Shown here piece by piece: positions 30,267 through 39,457 of a DNA stretch of 39,457 nt; within the stretch, counting starts at the first letter, position 1; the number at the start of each line of letters is the position of its first letter. The position numbers were made by a program, and so were the translations under genes. Source of the DNA: Actinomycetota bacterium (lineage in GTDB: Bacteria > Actinomycetota > Actinomycetes > Nanopelagicales > Nanopelagicaceae); assembly GCA_009698045.1 (NCBI GenBank), contig WLRE01000001.1:1-39457 (forward strand). Reading direction: 5' to 3'. The notes beneath the pieces are model-generated. The model ran no database searches, was not told the origin of the DNA, and saw nothing but the letters and a program-made list of their open reading frames with translations.

Positions 30267-30868
30267 TCGCAATTCTGGATTACGGTTCCGGAAATCTTCG
30301 TTCAGCGCAGCGCGCATTTGAAAGTGCTCATTCCGAAGTAATTGTTACCTCTGATCCAGATATTTGCATCAACGCCGACGGCCTTGTTGTGCCTGGCGTT
30401 GGCGCATTCGGTGCATGCATGGAGCAGTTTGTAGCTGCCGGTGCGGTCGAGATTCTCGATCAGCGCGCAGCGACAGAACTTCCCACTCTAGGTATTTGTG
30501 TAGGTATGCAGATTTTCTTTGCTCAAGGAGTAGAGAAGAATGCACACAAAGGTTTAGGAATTTGGCCTGGTGAAGTTACTCAAATTGAAGCGCCCATTTT
30601 GCCGCATATTGGTTGGAACACAGTTACCCCGGGAGCGGGCAGTCAACTCTTCACCGGAATAGAGAATGAACGCTTCTATTTTGTACATAGCTTTGCTGCA
30701 ACCCAAAAAATTGAAGGAGCAGTGAATTCCATTACTCAATACGGAGTTGAATTTCTTGCTGCAGTTGAAACTCCCTATTTTGTTGCCACTCAGTTCCATC
30801 CAGAGAAGAGTGGCGATGCTGGGCTCAAACTCATCTCAAACTGGATTAATGGTTGGGTGACCCTATGA
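30263..30868 (+). CDS. hisH: IGP synthase glutaminase subunit
   Basis: DYGSGN, PGVGAF, GICVG, YFVHS, QFHPEKS. Confidence 0.96.
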   Translation: MIAILDYGSGNLRSAQRAFESAHSEVIVTSDPDICINADGLVVPGVGAFGACMEQFVAAGAVEILDQRAATELPTLGICVGMQIFFAQGVEKNAHKGLGIWPGEVTQIEAPILPHIGWNTVTPGAGSQLFTGIENERFYFVHSFAATQKIEGAVNSITQYGVEFLAAVETPYFVATQFHPEKSGDAGLKLISNWINGWVTL

Positions 30869-31590
30869 GCAAGTTACAACTCTTACCTGCGATTGATGTC
30901 ATTGAAGGCCGTGCGGTTCGATTAGTGCAAGGCGAACTCAGCCAAGAAACTTCTTACGGAACGCCATTACAAGTTGCGCAGGAATTCGCGCGCGCCGGCG
31001 CCAAATGGATTCACTTAGTGGATTTAGATGCAGCCTTTGGTAAAGGAAGTAATGCGCAGCTCCTGGCTGAAGTAATCGCTTCGGTGGATATCGCAGTAGA
31101 ACTCTCTGGTGGTATTCGAGATGATGATTCTCTCCGCCGAGCTCTGGCAACTGGTTGTGCTCGTGTGAATTTAGGTACGGCTGCTCTAGAGAATCCGGAA
31201 TGGACCGCAAAAGTAATTTCCGAATTCGGTGATCGAATCGCCGTTGGTCTAGATGTTCGCGGGCATACATTGGCGGGTCGTGGCTGGACAAGTGAAGGTG
31301 GCAATCTTTTCGAAACACTTGAACGGTTAGATCGTGATGGATGTGCTCGTTACATAGTTACTGATGTTGCTAAAGATGGAACGCTTCAGGGACCAAATAT
31401 CCAACTGCTTAAGGATGTGTGCGCTGCAACTTCGCGGCCGGTAATTGCAAGCGGAGGAATTTCTACCCTTGCCGATCTCCGCGAATTACGGATGCTGACT
31501 GAAATTGGAATCGAAGGTGCGATTACCGGCAAAGCGCTCTATGCCGGTGCATTCACCCTTGAGCAAGCGCTAGAGGTTTGTAACTCATGA
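30865..31590 (+). CDS. priA: Phosphoribosyl isomerase PriA-type (HisA/TrpF)
   Basis: [18 protein letters not shown] (Ser81), GRGW, DGTL; start ATG 30865 overlaps the hisH stop. Confidence 0.92.
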   Translation: MSKLQLLPAIDVIEGRAVRLVQGELSQETSYGTPLQVAQEFARAGAKWIHLVDLDAAFGKGSNAQLLAEVIASVDIAVELSGGIRDDDSLRRALATGCARVNLGTAALENPEWTAKVISEFGDRIAVGLDVRGHTLAGRGWTSEGGNLFETLERLDRDGCARYIVTDVAKDGTLQGPNIQLLKDVCAATSRPVIASGGISTLADLRELRMLTEIGIEGAITGKALYAGAFTLEQALEVCNS

Positions 31591-32357
31591 CTCTGGCAAG
31601 GCGCATTATTCCGTGCCTTGATGTTGCTGGAGGCCGGGTAGTTAAAGGCGTAAATTTCCTTGACCTTAAAGATGCGGGAGATCCAGTTGAACTTGCGGCG
31701 AAATACGGTCGCGAAGGGGCAGATGAACTCACATTCTTAGATATTTCTGCAAGCGTGGAAGAGCGAAATACCACTCTTGATATTGTCCGTAGAACTGCTG
31801 AGCAAGTTTTTATTCCGCTAACTGTTGGAGGCGGCATACGTACAACTGACGATGTGAACACTCTTCTTCGAGCGGGCGCAGATAAGGTCTCTATTAACAC
31901 TGCAGCTATTGCTCGTCCACAACTTATTAATGAGATCGCCGATCGTTTTGGCAACCAAGTTTTAGTTCTCTCGGTTGATGCTCGCCGAGCAGGAACGACT
32001 TCAGGATACGAAGTCACCACTCATGGAGGTCGAACAGGTACTGATCTCGATGCCTTGCGCTGGATCGAAGAGGCAATTTCTAGGGGAGTTGGGGAGATTC
32101 TTCTTAACTCAATGGATGCCGACGGGACTAAAGAGGGGTATGACCTGCCTATGCTCGAGGATGTTCGTGCAATGTGTTCGGTACCCATAATTGCCAGTGG
32201 TGGTGCTGGAAAGTTTCAAGACTTCTCTGATGCATTGAACTCCGGGGCGGATGCACTACTCGCTGCAAGCGTCTTCCACTTTGGCGAAATGAGCATTCCC
32301 GATGTGAAGCAGTATCTCGATTCTCAGGGTTTTCCCATGCGAATTCAGCGGAAGTAA
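31587..32357 (+). CDS. hisF: IGP synthase cyclase subunit
   Basis: [35 protein letters not shown]. Confidence 0.97.
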   Translation: MTLARRIIPCLDVAGGRVVKGVNFLDLKDAGDPVELAAKYGREGADELTFLDISASVEERNTTLDIVRRTAEQVFIPLTVGGGIRTTDDVNTLLRAGADKVSINTAAIARPQLINEIADRFGNQVLVLSVDARRAGTTSGYEVTTHGGRTGTDLDALRWIEEAISRGVGEILLNSMDADGTKEGYDLPMLEDVRAMCSVPIIASGGAGKFQDFSDALNSGADALLAASVFHFGEMSIPDVKQYLDSQGFPMRIQRK

Positions 32358-32371
32358 GAGAGAATTCTCTA

Positions 32372-32722
32372 ATGGATATTGCCATCCCCGCGCTTATCGA
32401 AGAGCAATTCGCCGCGGGCTCACTCGTTGCAGCTATCGCACAAGATGCAGAGAACCACGAAGTCTTAATGCTCGCTTGGATGAACCGAGAGGCGCTCTCA
32501 TTAACGCTTGCAACTGGCAAGGCTACTTATTGGAGCCGCAGTCGTTCGAGTTTATGGATTAAGGGCGAAACTTCCGGGAGCTCTCAAGAAGTTGTCTCGA
32601 TCGATTATGACTGCGATGGCGATGCAATCTTGCTAAAAGTTCATCAAACTGCGGGCGCTTGCCATACTGGCGAACGCTCCTGTTTCCACAACTCTCTCGC
32701 CAAAGAAGTTCGAGCAAACTAG
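32372..32722 (+). CDS. hisI: Phosphoribosyl-AMP cyclohydrolase
   Basis: [29 protein letters not shown]. Confidence 0.96.
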   Translation: MDIAIPALIEEQFAAGSLVAAIAQDAENHEVLMLAWMNREALSLTLATGKATYWSRSRSSLWIKGETSGSSQEVVSIDYDCDGDAILLKVHQTAGACHTGERSCFHNSLAKEVRAN

Positions 32723-32914
32723 ATGTCGAGCTCTCAAATAACTCTTGATTTCTCACTCGTAATTCTCGCCTTCTTGGTGATTGGCTTCTTTATCTATCGC
32801 CTCGCACGTAAAGGTATCTCTAAGAAATATGAACGTAGTTCAACCGGCAAAGCTCACACCAACCCATGGAGCGCGCTCTCCGCGGGCGTAGATCCCACCG
32901 AGAAGATTAATTAA
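32723..32914 (+). CDS. Small membrane protein resembling the C-terminus of the Trp-biosynthesis-associated membrane protein (TIGR02234-like)
   Basis: One TM, then SKKYER and WSALSAGVDPT, matching the recalled S.RYE / W.AL..G.DPT tail of that family; ATG abuts the hisI stop. Confidence 0.7.
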   Translation: MSSSQITLDFSLVILAFLVIGFFIYRLARKGISKKYERSSTGKAHTNPWSALSAGVDPTEKIN

Positions 32915-32931
32915 GTAGAGAAGAGGCTGAA

Positions 32932-33417
32932 ATGAAAAAATTTATGGAACTCCACGGCAAGGCCCAACCGTGGCTTAACTTACTCGGCAGGTTAGTTCTA
33001 GGAATTGTGCTCTTTCTTGCTGGTTATCTCAAAGCTAAGGCTCCGGCTGAAGCGGCAATGTCGGTGCGCGCCTATGAAGTTCTACCGATTCCAGTCGCAA
33101 ACATTTTGGGATACTCCCTGCCGTGGCTTGAAATCGGAGTGGGCCTTCTCCTCATTATTGGTCTGGCGGTAAAGAAATCATCGATCCTAGGTGGCGGCTT
33201 AATGTTCCTCTTTATTGTGGCAATTGCTCAAGCGTGGGCAAGAGGTCTCTCAATCGACTGTGGTTGTTTTGGCAGTGGGGGACAAGTCGAGCCTGGCCAG
33301 ACGAAGTATCTCCAAGAAATTCTGCGCGATGCTGGATTAACAGCGATCGCCATTTATCTATTTCGATATCCGCACGGTAAATTGGCCCTCGACAAGCGCC
33401 CCGAAATACGGGCTTAA
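32932..33417 (+). CDS. MauE/DoxX family redox-associated membrane protein
   Basis: RLVLG, LPWLE, WARGLSIDCGCFG, RD in the last TM. Confidence 0.88.
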   Translation: MKKFMELHGKAQPWLNLLGRLVLGIVLFLAGYLKAKAPAEAAMSVRAYEVLPIPVANILGYSLPWLEIGVGLLLIIGLAVKKSSILGGGLMFLFIVAIAQAWARGLSIDCGCFGSGGQVEPGQTKYLQEILRDAGLTAIAIYLFRYPHGKLALDKRPEIRA

Positions 33418-33428
33418 GGAGAATCTCT

Positions 33429-34100
33429 GTGGCACAACAAAATAGTAAAGATGGTGGCGGCCTTCGCGGTCTGGTGATCGGCATGGTTGTTTTTGTAGTC
33501 GCCGTGGGCGCTGCATTCACTGTTATCTCTAACAAGAGCAATTCACAAGCAAAGACGCCGAGTGTGGTTTCCAAGGCTGATGGTTATGGAATTGTCTTCA
33601 ATCCAACTGGTTCTCCAACAATTGAGATCTGGGAAGATTTCCAGTGCCCGGTATGTGCGCAGTTTGAATCTATCAATCACTCCTACATCGAGTCTTTAGC
33701 TCGCGGTAAAGATGTGAAGGTTGTTTACTATCCACTTTCATTCCTAGGGCCTGAATCCGTACTTGCCGCAAATGCTGCCGGATGCGCAGCTGAAGAGGGT
33801 AAGTTCTTGGAATTCCACCGCAGCCTCTATATGAATCAGCCAGCTGAAAATAGCGGTGCTATCAATGCCACGTGGTTACAACTCCTTGGTGCTGGAGCAG
33901 GACTGACATCAAATAAATATATTAATTGTGTTACCAAGGGCAGTTATTACGGCTGGGTAAAGAACGTTGCAGCTAATGGTGCGAAAAATAACATTAACTC
34001 AACCCCAACAGTCAAAGTCAATGGCAAGGAACTCGATCGCGCTACCCAGTACATGGATTCGGCCGCGTTCAAGAAGGCAATTACTGACGCTGGCGCTTAA
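33429..34100 (+). CDS. Membrane-anchored DsbA-family thiol-disulfide oxidoreductase
   Basis: N-terminal TM, EDFQCPVC, cis-Pro loop STPT; SD AAGGAG. Confidence 0.9.
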   Translation: MAQQNSKDGGGLRGLVIGMVVFVVAVGAAFTVISNKSNSQAKTPSVVSKADGYGIVFNPTGSPTIEIWEDFQCPVCAQFESINHSYIESLARGKDVKVVYYPLSFLGPESVLAANAAGCAAEEGKFLEFHRSLYMNQPAENSGAINATWLQLLGAGAGLTSNKYINCVTKGSYYGWVKNVAANGAKNNINSTPTVKVNGKELDRATQYMDSAAFKKAITDAGA

Positions 34101-34107
34101 TCCCAAA

Positions 34108-34941
34108 ATGTCTATACCTACGCCCACCTCTTCATATCTAGAGGTGGGCGCTTTAACTATTCACTACTACGCCATCTGCATACTTCTGGGAATAGCGGCC
34201 GCAATACTAATCTCCCGCACTAGATATCAACGCGCGGGTGGAAATCCAGATGAGATTAATGAACTTGCCGCATATGCAATTCCAGCGGGAATTATTGGTG
34301 GCCGTGCGTATCACGTACTAACTTCGCCGGACGCCTACTTCGGGGCGAATGGCAATCCAATTGCTGCCTTTAAAATTTGGGAGGGCGGAATGGGAATCTG
34401 GGGCGCAATTGCGCTCGGTTCATTAGTGGTGTGGCTTCATATTCGTTATGGAAATTACTCACTCTCTTTCGCTCGCGTCTCAGATGTTCTCGCTCCTGGC
34501 CTTCTTGTTGCACAAGCTATTGGTCGCTGGGGAAATTGGTTTAATGCAGAACTCTTCGGCTCTCCAACCAACCTGCCATGGGGAGTATCAATTGCGCCGG
34601 CAGATCGACCAGCGGTTTTCCAAAATTTCACCACTTTTCACCCTACCTTCCTCTACGAATCGCTTTGGTGTTTAGCGATTGCATTTTTACTGTTGCGCTC
34701 CAAAAAAATTCAGAGTTGGCTGACACCTGCTCCGGGTCAGATCTTTCTGGCTTACATTTCTCTCTATACCGTTGGCCGTCTCTGGATTGAGGCGTTGCGT
34801 ATCGATCCAGCCCACCTACTGTGGGGAGTGCGTATCAATATCTGGGTTGCCATCGTTATCTGTGCCACATCGACCTTGATTCTTTTCCGTCGCCGGAGTG
34901 GAGGCGCTGCCTTAAATCCTGACTCAGCGTCCATTGACTAG
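34108..34941 (+). CDS. lgt: Prolipoprotein diacylglyceryl transferase
   Basis: IIGGRAYHV, WEGGMGIWG, QAIGRWGNWFN, HPTFLYE; start moved from 33967 to ATG 34108. Confidence 0.95.
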   Translation: MSIPTPTSSYLEVGALTIHYYAICILLGIAAAILISRTRYQRAGGNPDEINELAAYAIPAGIIGGRAYHVLTSPDAYFGANGNPIAAFKIWEGGMGIWGAIALGSLVVWLHIRYGNYSLSFARVSDVLAPGLLVAQAIGRWGNWFNAELFGSPTNLPWGVSIAPADRPAVFQNFTTFHPTFLYESLWCLAIAFLLLRSKKIQSWLTPAPGQIFLAYISLYTVGRLWIEALRIDPAHLLWGVRINIWVAIVICATSTLILFRRRSGGAALNPDSASID

Positions 34942-34942
34942 G

Positions 34943-34948
34943 TAAGGT
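34943..34948 (+). promoter_or_regulatory. Putative -10 box (TAAGGT) for leaderless VIT1 gene
   Basis: GG-TANNNT 6 nt before ATG 34955. Confidence 0.45.
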
Positions 34949-34954
34949 TCACTC

Positions 34955-35662
34955 ATGGGTTTAGAAGAGGTCTACCAACGCAATTTGCACCACAAGGTGC
35001 ACAAGTCTGGCTGGCTGCGCGCAGCTGTATTAGGCGCAAACGACGGTTTAGTTTCGACTTCTTCGCTAATGGTTGGTGTTGCAGCAGCAAATGTAGGTAG
35101 TTCTCTTGTCACAGTTGGGCTTGCCGGAATTGCAGCAGGAGCGATGTCGATGGCGGTCGGTGAATATATTTCTGTTCGTTCGCAGACTGATATTGAAGAA
35201 GTTGATCGTCGGATGGAAATCGAACATTTAAAGAGTGATCCCGAAGGTGAGCTGGCCGAACTTACACAGATCTATATCGAGCGCGGTCTAGATAAGAAAT
35301 TGGCAGAAGAAGTTGCAATCAAAATGACAGAGTTCGATGCACTTGGAACTCATCTGCGCGATGAGCTGGGACAGTTTGAACACACAAGAGCTCGTCCACT
35401 TCAGGCTTCAGCCGCTTCAGCGATTGCATTCACCCTTGGTGGAATCATTCCGTTGATTGGAGCTTTGCTTCCAGTTGACGGCGCAAAGAGCCCTGCGATT
35501 ATTGTGATTACTCTCTTTGGCTTAATTGGTGCCGGACTCATCAGTGCCCGTTCTGCCGGTTCTCCATATGTGAAGACCACCCTTCGAGTGCTCCTCGGAG
35601 GCTCGCTAGGCATGGCGATAACTGCGGGAATTGGTTCACTGGTTCATCTCACGGGAATCTAA
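34955..35662 (+). CDS. VIT1/CCC1 family Fe/Mn transporter
   Basis: WLRAAVLGANDGLVS, SMAVGEYISV, HLRDELG. Confidence 0.93.
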   Translation: MGLEEVYQRNLHHKVHKSGWLRAAVLGANDGLVSTSSLMVGVAAANVGSSLVTVGLAGIAAGAMSMAVGEYISVRSQTDIEEVDRRMEIEHLKSDPEGELAELTQIYIERGLDKKLAEEVAIKMTEFDALGTHLRDELGQFEHTRARPLQASAASAIAFTLGGIIPLIGALLPVDGAKSPAIIVITLFGLIGAGLISARSAGSPYVKTTLRVLLGGSLGMAITAGIGSLVHLTGI

Positions 35663-35720
35663 CCCGACCTATCTCACACACTTTCCTCCAATAAATCTAT
35701 TCGCAGAACTGCCTCTGCCT

Positions 35721-35729
35721 TGCTACCCT
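35721..35729 (+). promoter_or_regulatory. Putative extended -10 (TGcTACCCT) for gltB
   Basis: TGn-TANNNT about 80 nt upstream of the gltB start. Confidence 0.45.
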
Positions 35730-35810
35730 TTAACCTGCCTCGCTAGCGGGGAGTTAGAAATTCGCCAGTTGGGCCATTGACGTCCCGACCGTTCTCAACT
35801 TGGAGCGCTC

Positions 35811-38800
35811 GTGACACTGTTCTCTTCTTTGCCGTCCGCGCAGGGTCTTTATGATCCGCTGCGCGAGCATGATGCATGCGGTGTTGCAATGGTTGCGACT
35901 CTTAACAAAGTCCCAACTCACGAAATCGTTTCACAAGCTCTTCTTGCTCTGCGCAATATGGAGCACCGCGGTGCAACTGGAGCAGAACCAGATAGTGGTG
36001 ATGGGGCAGGAATTCTTATCCGTGTTCCTGATCAGTTTTATCGTGAAGTTGTAGATTTCACTCTTCCTGCGCCATCTACATACGCAACCGGAATCGCATT
36101 CGTTGATCCATCATTTGCGCATCGGGAAGAACTCGCAAAGCTTGCCCAAGAAGAAGGTCTGACCATTCTTGGTTGGCGCGAACTTCCAACCAACTCTTCA
36201 GCTTTAGGAAAGACAGCGCTATCTGTTATGCCCAAGTTTGAGCAGATCTTTTTATCCAGCAATGGTGGAGAGAAAGATTTAGATCTTGATCGTAAAGTCT
36301 TCGCTCTTCGCAAGCGGGCAGAACATAATTTCCCTATCTACTTCCCATCTCTTTCCGCTCGTACAATTGTGTACAAGGGAATGCTTACAACTGGCCAGCT
36401 AGAAGAATTTTTCCCAGATTTGAGTGATCCACGAGTTGTTTCACCACTTGCTCTCGTCCACTCTCGATTCTCAACAAATACTTTTCCATCTTGGCCGTTA
36501 GCCCATCCATATCGATTTATTGCCCACAATGGTGAGATCAATACCGTTCGTGGAAATCGCAACTGGATGCGTGCGCGAGAAAGTTTGTTGCAGAGCGATC
36601 TCATTCCTGGTGATTTAGCCAGACTCTTTCCTATTGTCGAAAATTCTGGTTCAGATTCAGCATCCTTTGATGAAGTTTTAGAGCTGCTCTATCTCGGTGG
36701 TCGTTCACTTCCTCATTCGGTACTGATGATGATTCCGGAAGCGTGGGAGAACCACGCAACAATGAGTCAGAAGCGTCGCGACTTCTACGCATTCCACTCC
36801 ACGATGATGGAGCCATGGGATGGACCTGCCTGCGTTACTTTCACAGATGGAAATCAAGTAGGTGCGGTACTCGATCGCAATGGACTTCGCCCATCACGTT
36901 TCTGGGTAACCAAAAGTGGAACGGTTGTGCTTGCTTCGGAAGCTGGCGTTCTGCAATTCGCGCCTGAAGACATTGCTCGCAAGGGACGTTTACAACCTGG
37001 TCGCATGTTCTTAGTTGACATTGAACAAGGCCGCATCATTGAAGATGATGAAATTAAGGATTCACTCGCGGATGCCGCTCCATACGGAGAATGGCTTCAC
37101 GCTGGATTAGTAAAACTCTCCGATCTACCCTCACGTGAACATATTGTTTATCCCCACTCATCTGTCGTTCGTCGCCAGCGCGCATTTGGATATACCGAAG
37201 AAGAGTTACGCATCATTGTTACACCGATGGCAAAAAATGGAATGGAACCGCTGGGATCCATGGGAACCGATACCCCGATCGCCGCTCTGTCGGATAAGCC
37301 ACGCATCCTCTTTGATTACTTCGCTCAATTATTTGCTCAAGTTACGAATCCACCACTCGATGCAATCCGCGAAGAACTTGTAACAAGTCTTGCCGGCTCT
37401 ATCGGTCCGGAACACAATCTGCTTGATCCAAGCCCAGCTTCATGTCGTCAAATAGCACTTGATTTTCCAGTTATTGATAATGATGAACTCGCAAAATTAA
37501 TTCACGTTAACGCAGATGGAAATCATCCTGGTTTCAGCGCGCATGTTGTGCGCGGACTATTTCCGGTCATCGGCGGGGGAGAAGCTCTTGCTCAACGGAT
37601 AGCTGAAATTCGCCACGAAGTTTCGCAAGCTATTGAAGATGGCGCACACATTATTGTTCTCTCAGATCGAGATGGAGATGCAGAGCATGCACCTATCCCA
37701 TCCTTACTTCTGACTGCTGCCGTTCACCATCACCTTATCCGCCAAAAGACTCGTACTAAAGTTGGCCTGGTTGTCGAAACCGGCGAAGTCCGCGAAGTTC
37801 ATCATGTTGCACTACTCATTGGATTCGGCGCTGCTGCCATTAACCCATATCTTGCTATGGAGTCCGCAGAAGATTTAGTCCGCCAAGGAGTAATTACTGG
37901 AATCACACCCGAAAAGGCAGTAGCCAATCTGATCAAGTCTCTCGGTAAAGGCGTTCTTAAAGTTATGTCCAAGATGGGTATTTCAACCATCGCTTCATAC
38001 ACGGGCGCACAAGTCTTTGAGGCAATCGGTCTTTCCCGAGAAGTTGTCGACGAGTATTTCACTGGCGTCACCTCTCGCTTGGGCGGTGTCTCGCTCGAAA
38101 CCCTCGCAGATGAAACTATCAAGCGTCATCACATTGCCTATCCACCTGGCGGAGAAATACCTGGCACTAAGCGCCTACCTATTGGCGGGGAGTATCAGTG
38201 GCGTCGCGAGGGCGAACCGCACCTCTTTGATCCAGAGACGGTATTTACTTTGCAGCATTCCACTCGCTCTAAGCGTTATGACATCTTTAAGCGTTATACC
38301 CAGAAAGTTGATGACCAATCAAAGTCACTAATGACATTACGCGGTCTCTTCACTTTTAAAGATGGGCTTCGCCCTGCAGTTCCGATTGATGAAGTTGAGC
38401 CCGCATCGGCAATCATTAAGCGCTTTGCGACTGGCGCTATGTCATATGGCTCAATCTCGGCTGAGGCACACGAAACTTTGGCTATTGCCATGAACCGCAT
38501 TGGCGGAAAATCAAATACTGGCGAAGGTGGAGAAGATCCCGCCCGTTACACATTAGAAAGTAATGGCGATTCCAAACGCTCCTCTATCAAGCAAGTGGCG
38601 AGTGGACGTTTCGGTGTGACTAGCGAGTACCTAGTTAATGCCGATGATATTCAAATTAAAATGGCGCAAGGAGCAAAACCTGGTGAAGGCGGGCAGCTGC
38701 CTGGCGGCAAGGTCTATCCATGGATTGCCAAGGTTCGCTATTCAACTCCTGGTGTTGGATTGATTTCACCTCCTCCTCATCACGATATTTACTCGATTGA

Positions 38801-39457
38801 AGATTTAGCGCAACTTATTCACGATCTTAAGAATGCCAACAAGTTGGCGCGCATCCACGTAAAACTTGTTGCCGAGGTTGGCGTCGGAACAGTTGCTGCA
38901 GGAGTGTCCAAAGCACATGCTGACGTTGTCCTTATCTCGGGGCATGATGGCGGAACGGGAGCGTCACCGCTCACTTCGCTCAAGCATGCTGGTGCTCCTT
39001 GGGAGCTTGGGTTAGCCGAAACGCAGCAGACTCTTATGCTCAACGGTCTTCGTGATCGCATTGTCGTTCAAGTCGATGGTCAGATGAAGACTGGTAGAGA
39101 CGTGCTGATTGCGGCTTTATTAGGCGGCGAAGAATTTGGATTCGCTACTGCGCCACTCGTTGTTTCTGGTTGCGTCATGATGCGCGTCTGCCATCTCGAT
39201 ACCTGTCCCGTGGGAGTAGCTACTCAGAATCCCGAGCTCCGTGCTCGGTTCTCTGGCAAGCCTGAATTTGTTGAAACCTTCTTTGAGTATGTTGCCGAAG
39301 AAGTGCGCGAACACTTAGCGGCACTTGGTTTCCGCACTCTCGACGAGGCTATCGGCCAAGTTGAAGTTTTGGACACACGGGTTGCAGTTGACCACTGGAA
39401 GGCGAGCGGACTCGACCTAACTCCACTTCTTCAAGCACCAGCGAAATCAACTCCACC
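35811..39457 (+). CDS. gltB: Glutamate synthase large subunit; 3'-partial
   Basis: GTG after GGAG; [69 protein letters not shown]. Same frame at both ends, and no stop-terminated ORF in the track. Confidence 0.97.
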   Translation, partial: MTLFSSLPSAQGLYDPLREHDACGVAMVATLNKVPTHEIVSQALLALRNMEHRGATGAEPDSGDGAGILIRVPDQFYREVVDFTLPAPSTYATGIAFVDPSFAHREELAKLAQEEGLTILGWRELPTNSSALGKTALSVMPKFEQIFLSSNGGEKDLDLDRKVFALRKRAEHNFPIYFPSLSARTIVYKGMLTTGQLEEFFPDLSDPRVVSPLALVHSRFSTNTFPSWPLAHPYRFIAHNGEINTVRGNRNWMRARESLLQSDLIPGDLARLFPIVENSGSDSASFDEVLELLYLGGRSLPHSVLMMIPEAWENHATMSQKRRDFYAFHSTMMEPWDGPACVTFTDGNQVGAVLDRNGLRPSRFWVTKSGTVVLASEAGVLQFAPEDIARKGRLQPGRMFLVDIEQGRIIEDDEIKDSLADAAPYGEWLHAGLVKLSDLPSREHIVYPHSSVVRRQRAFGYTEEELRIIVTPMAKNGMEPLGSMGTDTPIAALSDKPRILFDYFAQLFAQVTNPPLDAIREELVTSLAGSIGPEHNLLDPSPASCRQIALDFPVIDNDELAKLIHVNADGNHPGFSAHVVRGLFPVIGGGEALAQRIAEIRHEVSQAIEDGAHIIVLSDRDGDAEHAPIPSLLLTAAVHHHLIRQKTRTKVGLVVETGEVREVHHVALLIGFGAAAINPYLAMESAEDLVRQGVITGITPEKAVANLIKSLGKGVLKVMSKMGISTIASYTGAQVFEAIGLSREVVDEYFTGVTSRLGGVSLETLADETIKRHHIAYPPGGEIPGTKRLPIGGEYQWRREGEPHLFDPETVFTLQHSTRSKRYDIFKRYTQKVDDQSKSLMTLRGLFTFKDGLRPAVPIDEVEPASAIIKRFATGAMSYGSISAEAHETLAIAMNRIGGKSNTGEGGEDPARYTLESNGDSKRSSIKQVASGRFGVTSEYLVNADDIQIKMAQGAKPGEGGQLPGGKVYPWIAKVRYSTPGVGLISPPPHHDIYSIEDLAQLIHDLKNANKLARIHVKLVAEVGVGTVAAGVSKAHADVVLISGHDGGTGASPLTSLKHAGAPWELGLAETQQTLMLNGLRDRIVVQVDGQMKTGRDVLIAALLGGEEFGFATAPLVVSGCVMMRVCHLDTCPVGVATQNPELRARFSGKPEFVETFFEYVAEEVREHLAALGFRTLDEAIGQVEVLDTRVAVDHWKASGLDLTPLLQAPAKSTP

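Noticed and set aside
32359-32370. Perfect 12-bp palindrome AGAGAATTCTCT before hisI
   Set aside because: Several such palindromes are expected by chance in 39 kb; no other support
27212-32722. hisG/hisE absent from the his operon
   Set aside because: Usually encoded elsewhere in Actinobacteria
35811-39457. Apparent 3.6-kb region without a long ORF
   Set aside because: It is gltB running off the window edge, so the ORF track omitted it

Overview
A densely packed, core-chromosome window from a streamlined, moderate-GC actinobacterium. Gene order and sequence style suggest the freshwater acI / Ca. Nanopelagicales type, which is an inference. Order: 3' end of dinB; DUF3040; the dcw cluster (mraZ-rsmH-ftsL-ftsI-murE-murF-mraY-murD-ftsW-murG-murC-ftsQ-ftsZ-pgeF-yggS-sepF-yggT); convergent type-2 ileS; a histone-tail/DksA fusion (DdbA-like); lspA, rluD, dnaE; the his operon (hisD-C-B-H-priA-F-I); a 63-aa mini membrane protein; MauE/DoxX, DsbA-family, lgt, VIT1; and gltB running off the right edge. 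I saw no mobile elements, CRISPR, tRNA or rRNA, and no new multi-gene system. The interesting signals are losses and non-coding structure. (1) The trp genes are missing from their usual hisI-lgt slot, leaving an intact-looking miniature of the Trp-region membrane protein. (2) divIVA is missing after yggT. (3) ileS has no T-box and carries the swapped GTHH signature. (4) Eight phased MraZ-type boxes precede mraZ. (5) An mraW RNA motif lies before rsmH. (6) The gltB leader can fold into two exclusive structures. (7) An 11-nt tandem array sits between hisC and hisB. (8) Five genes look leaderless.
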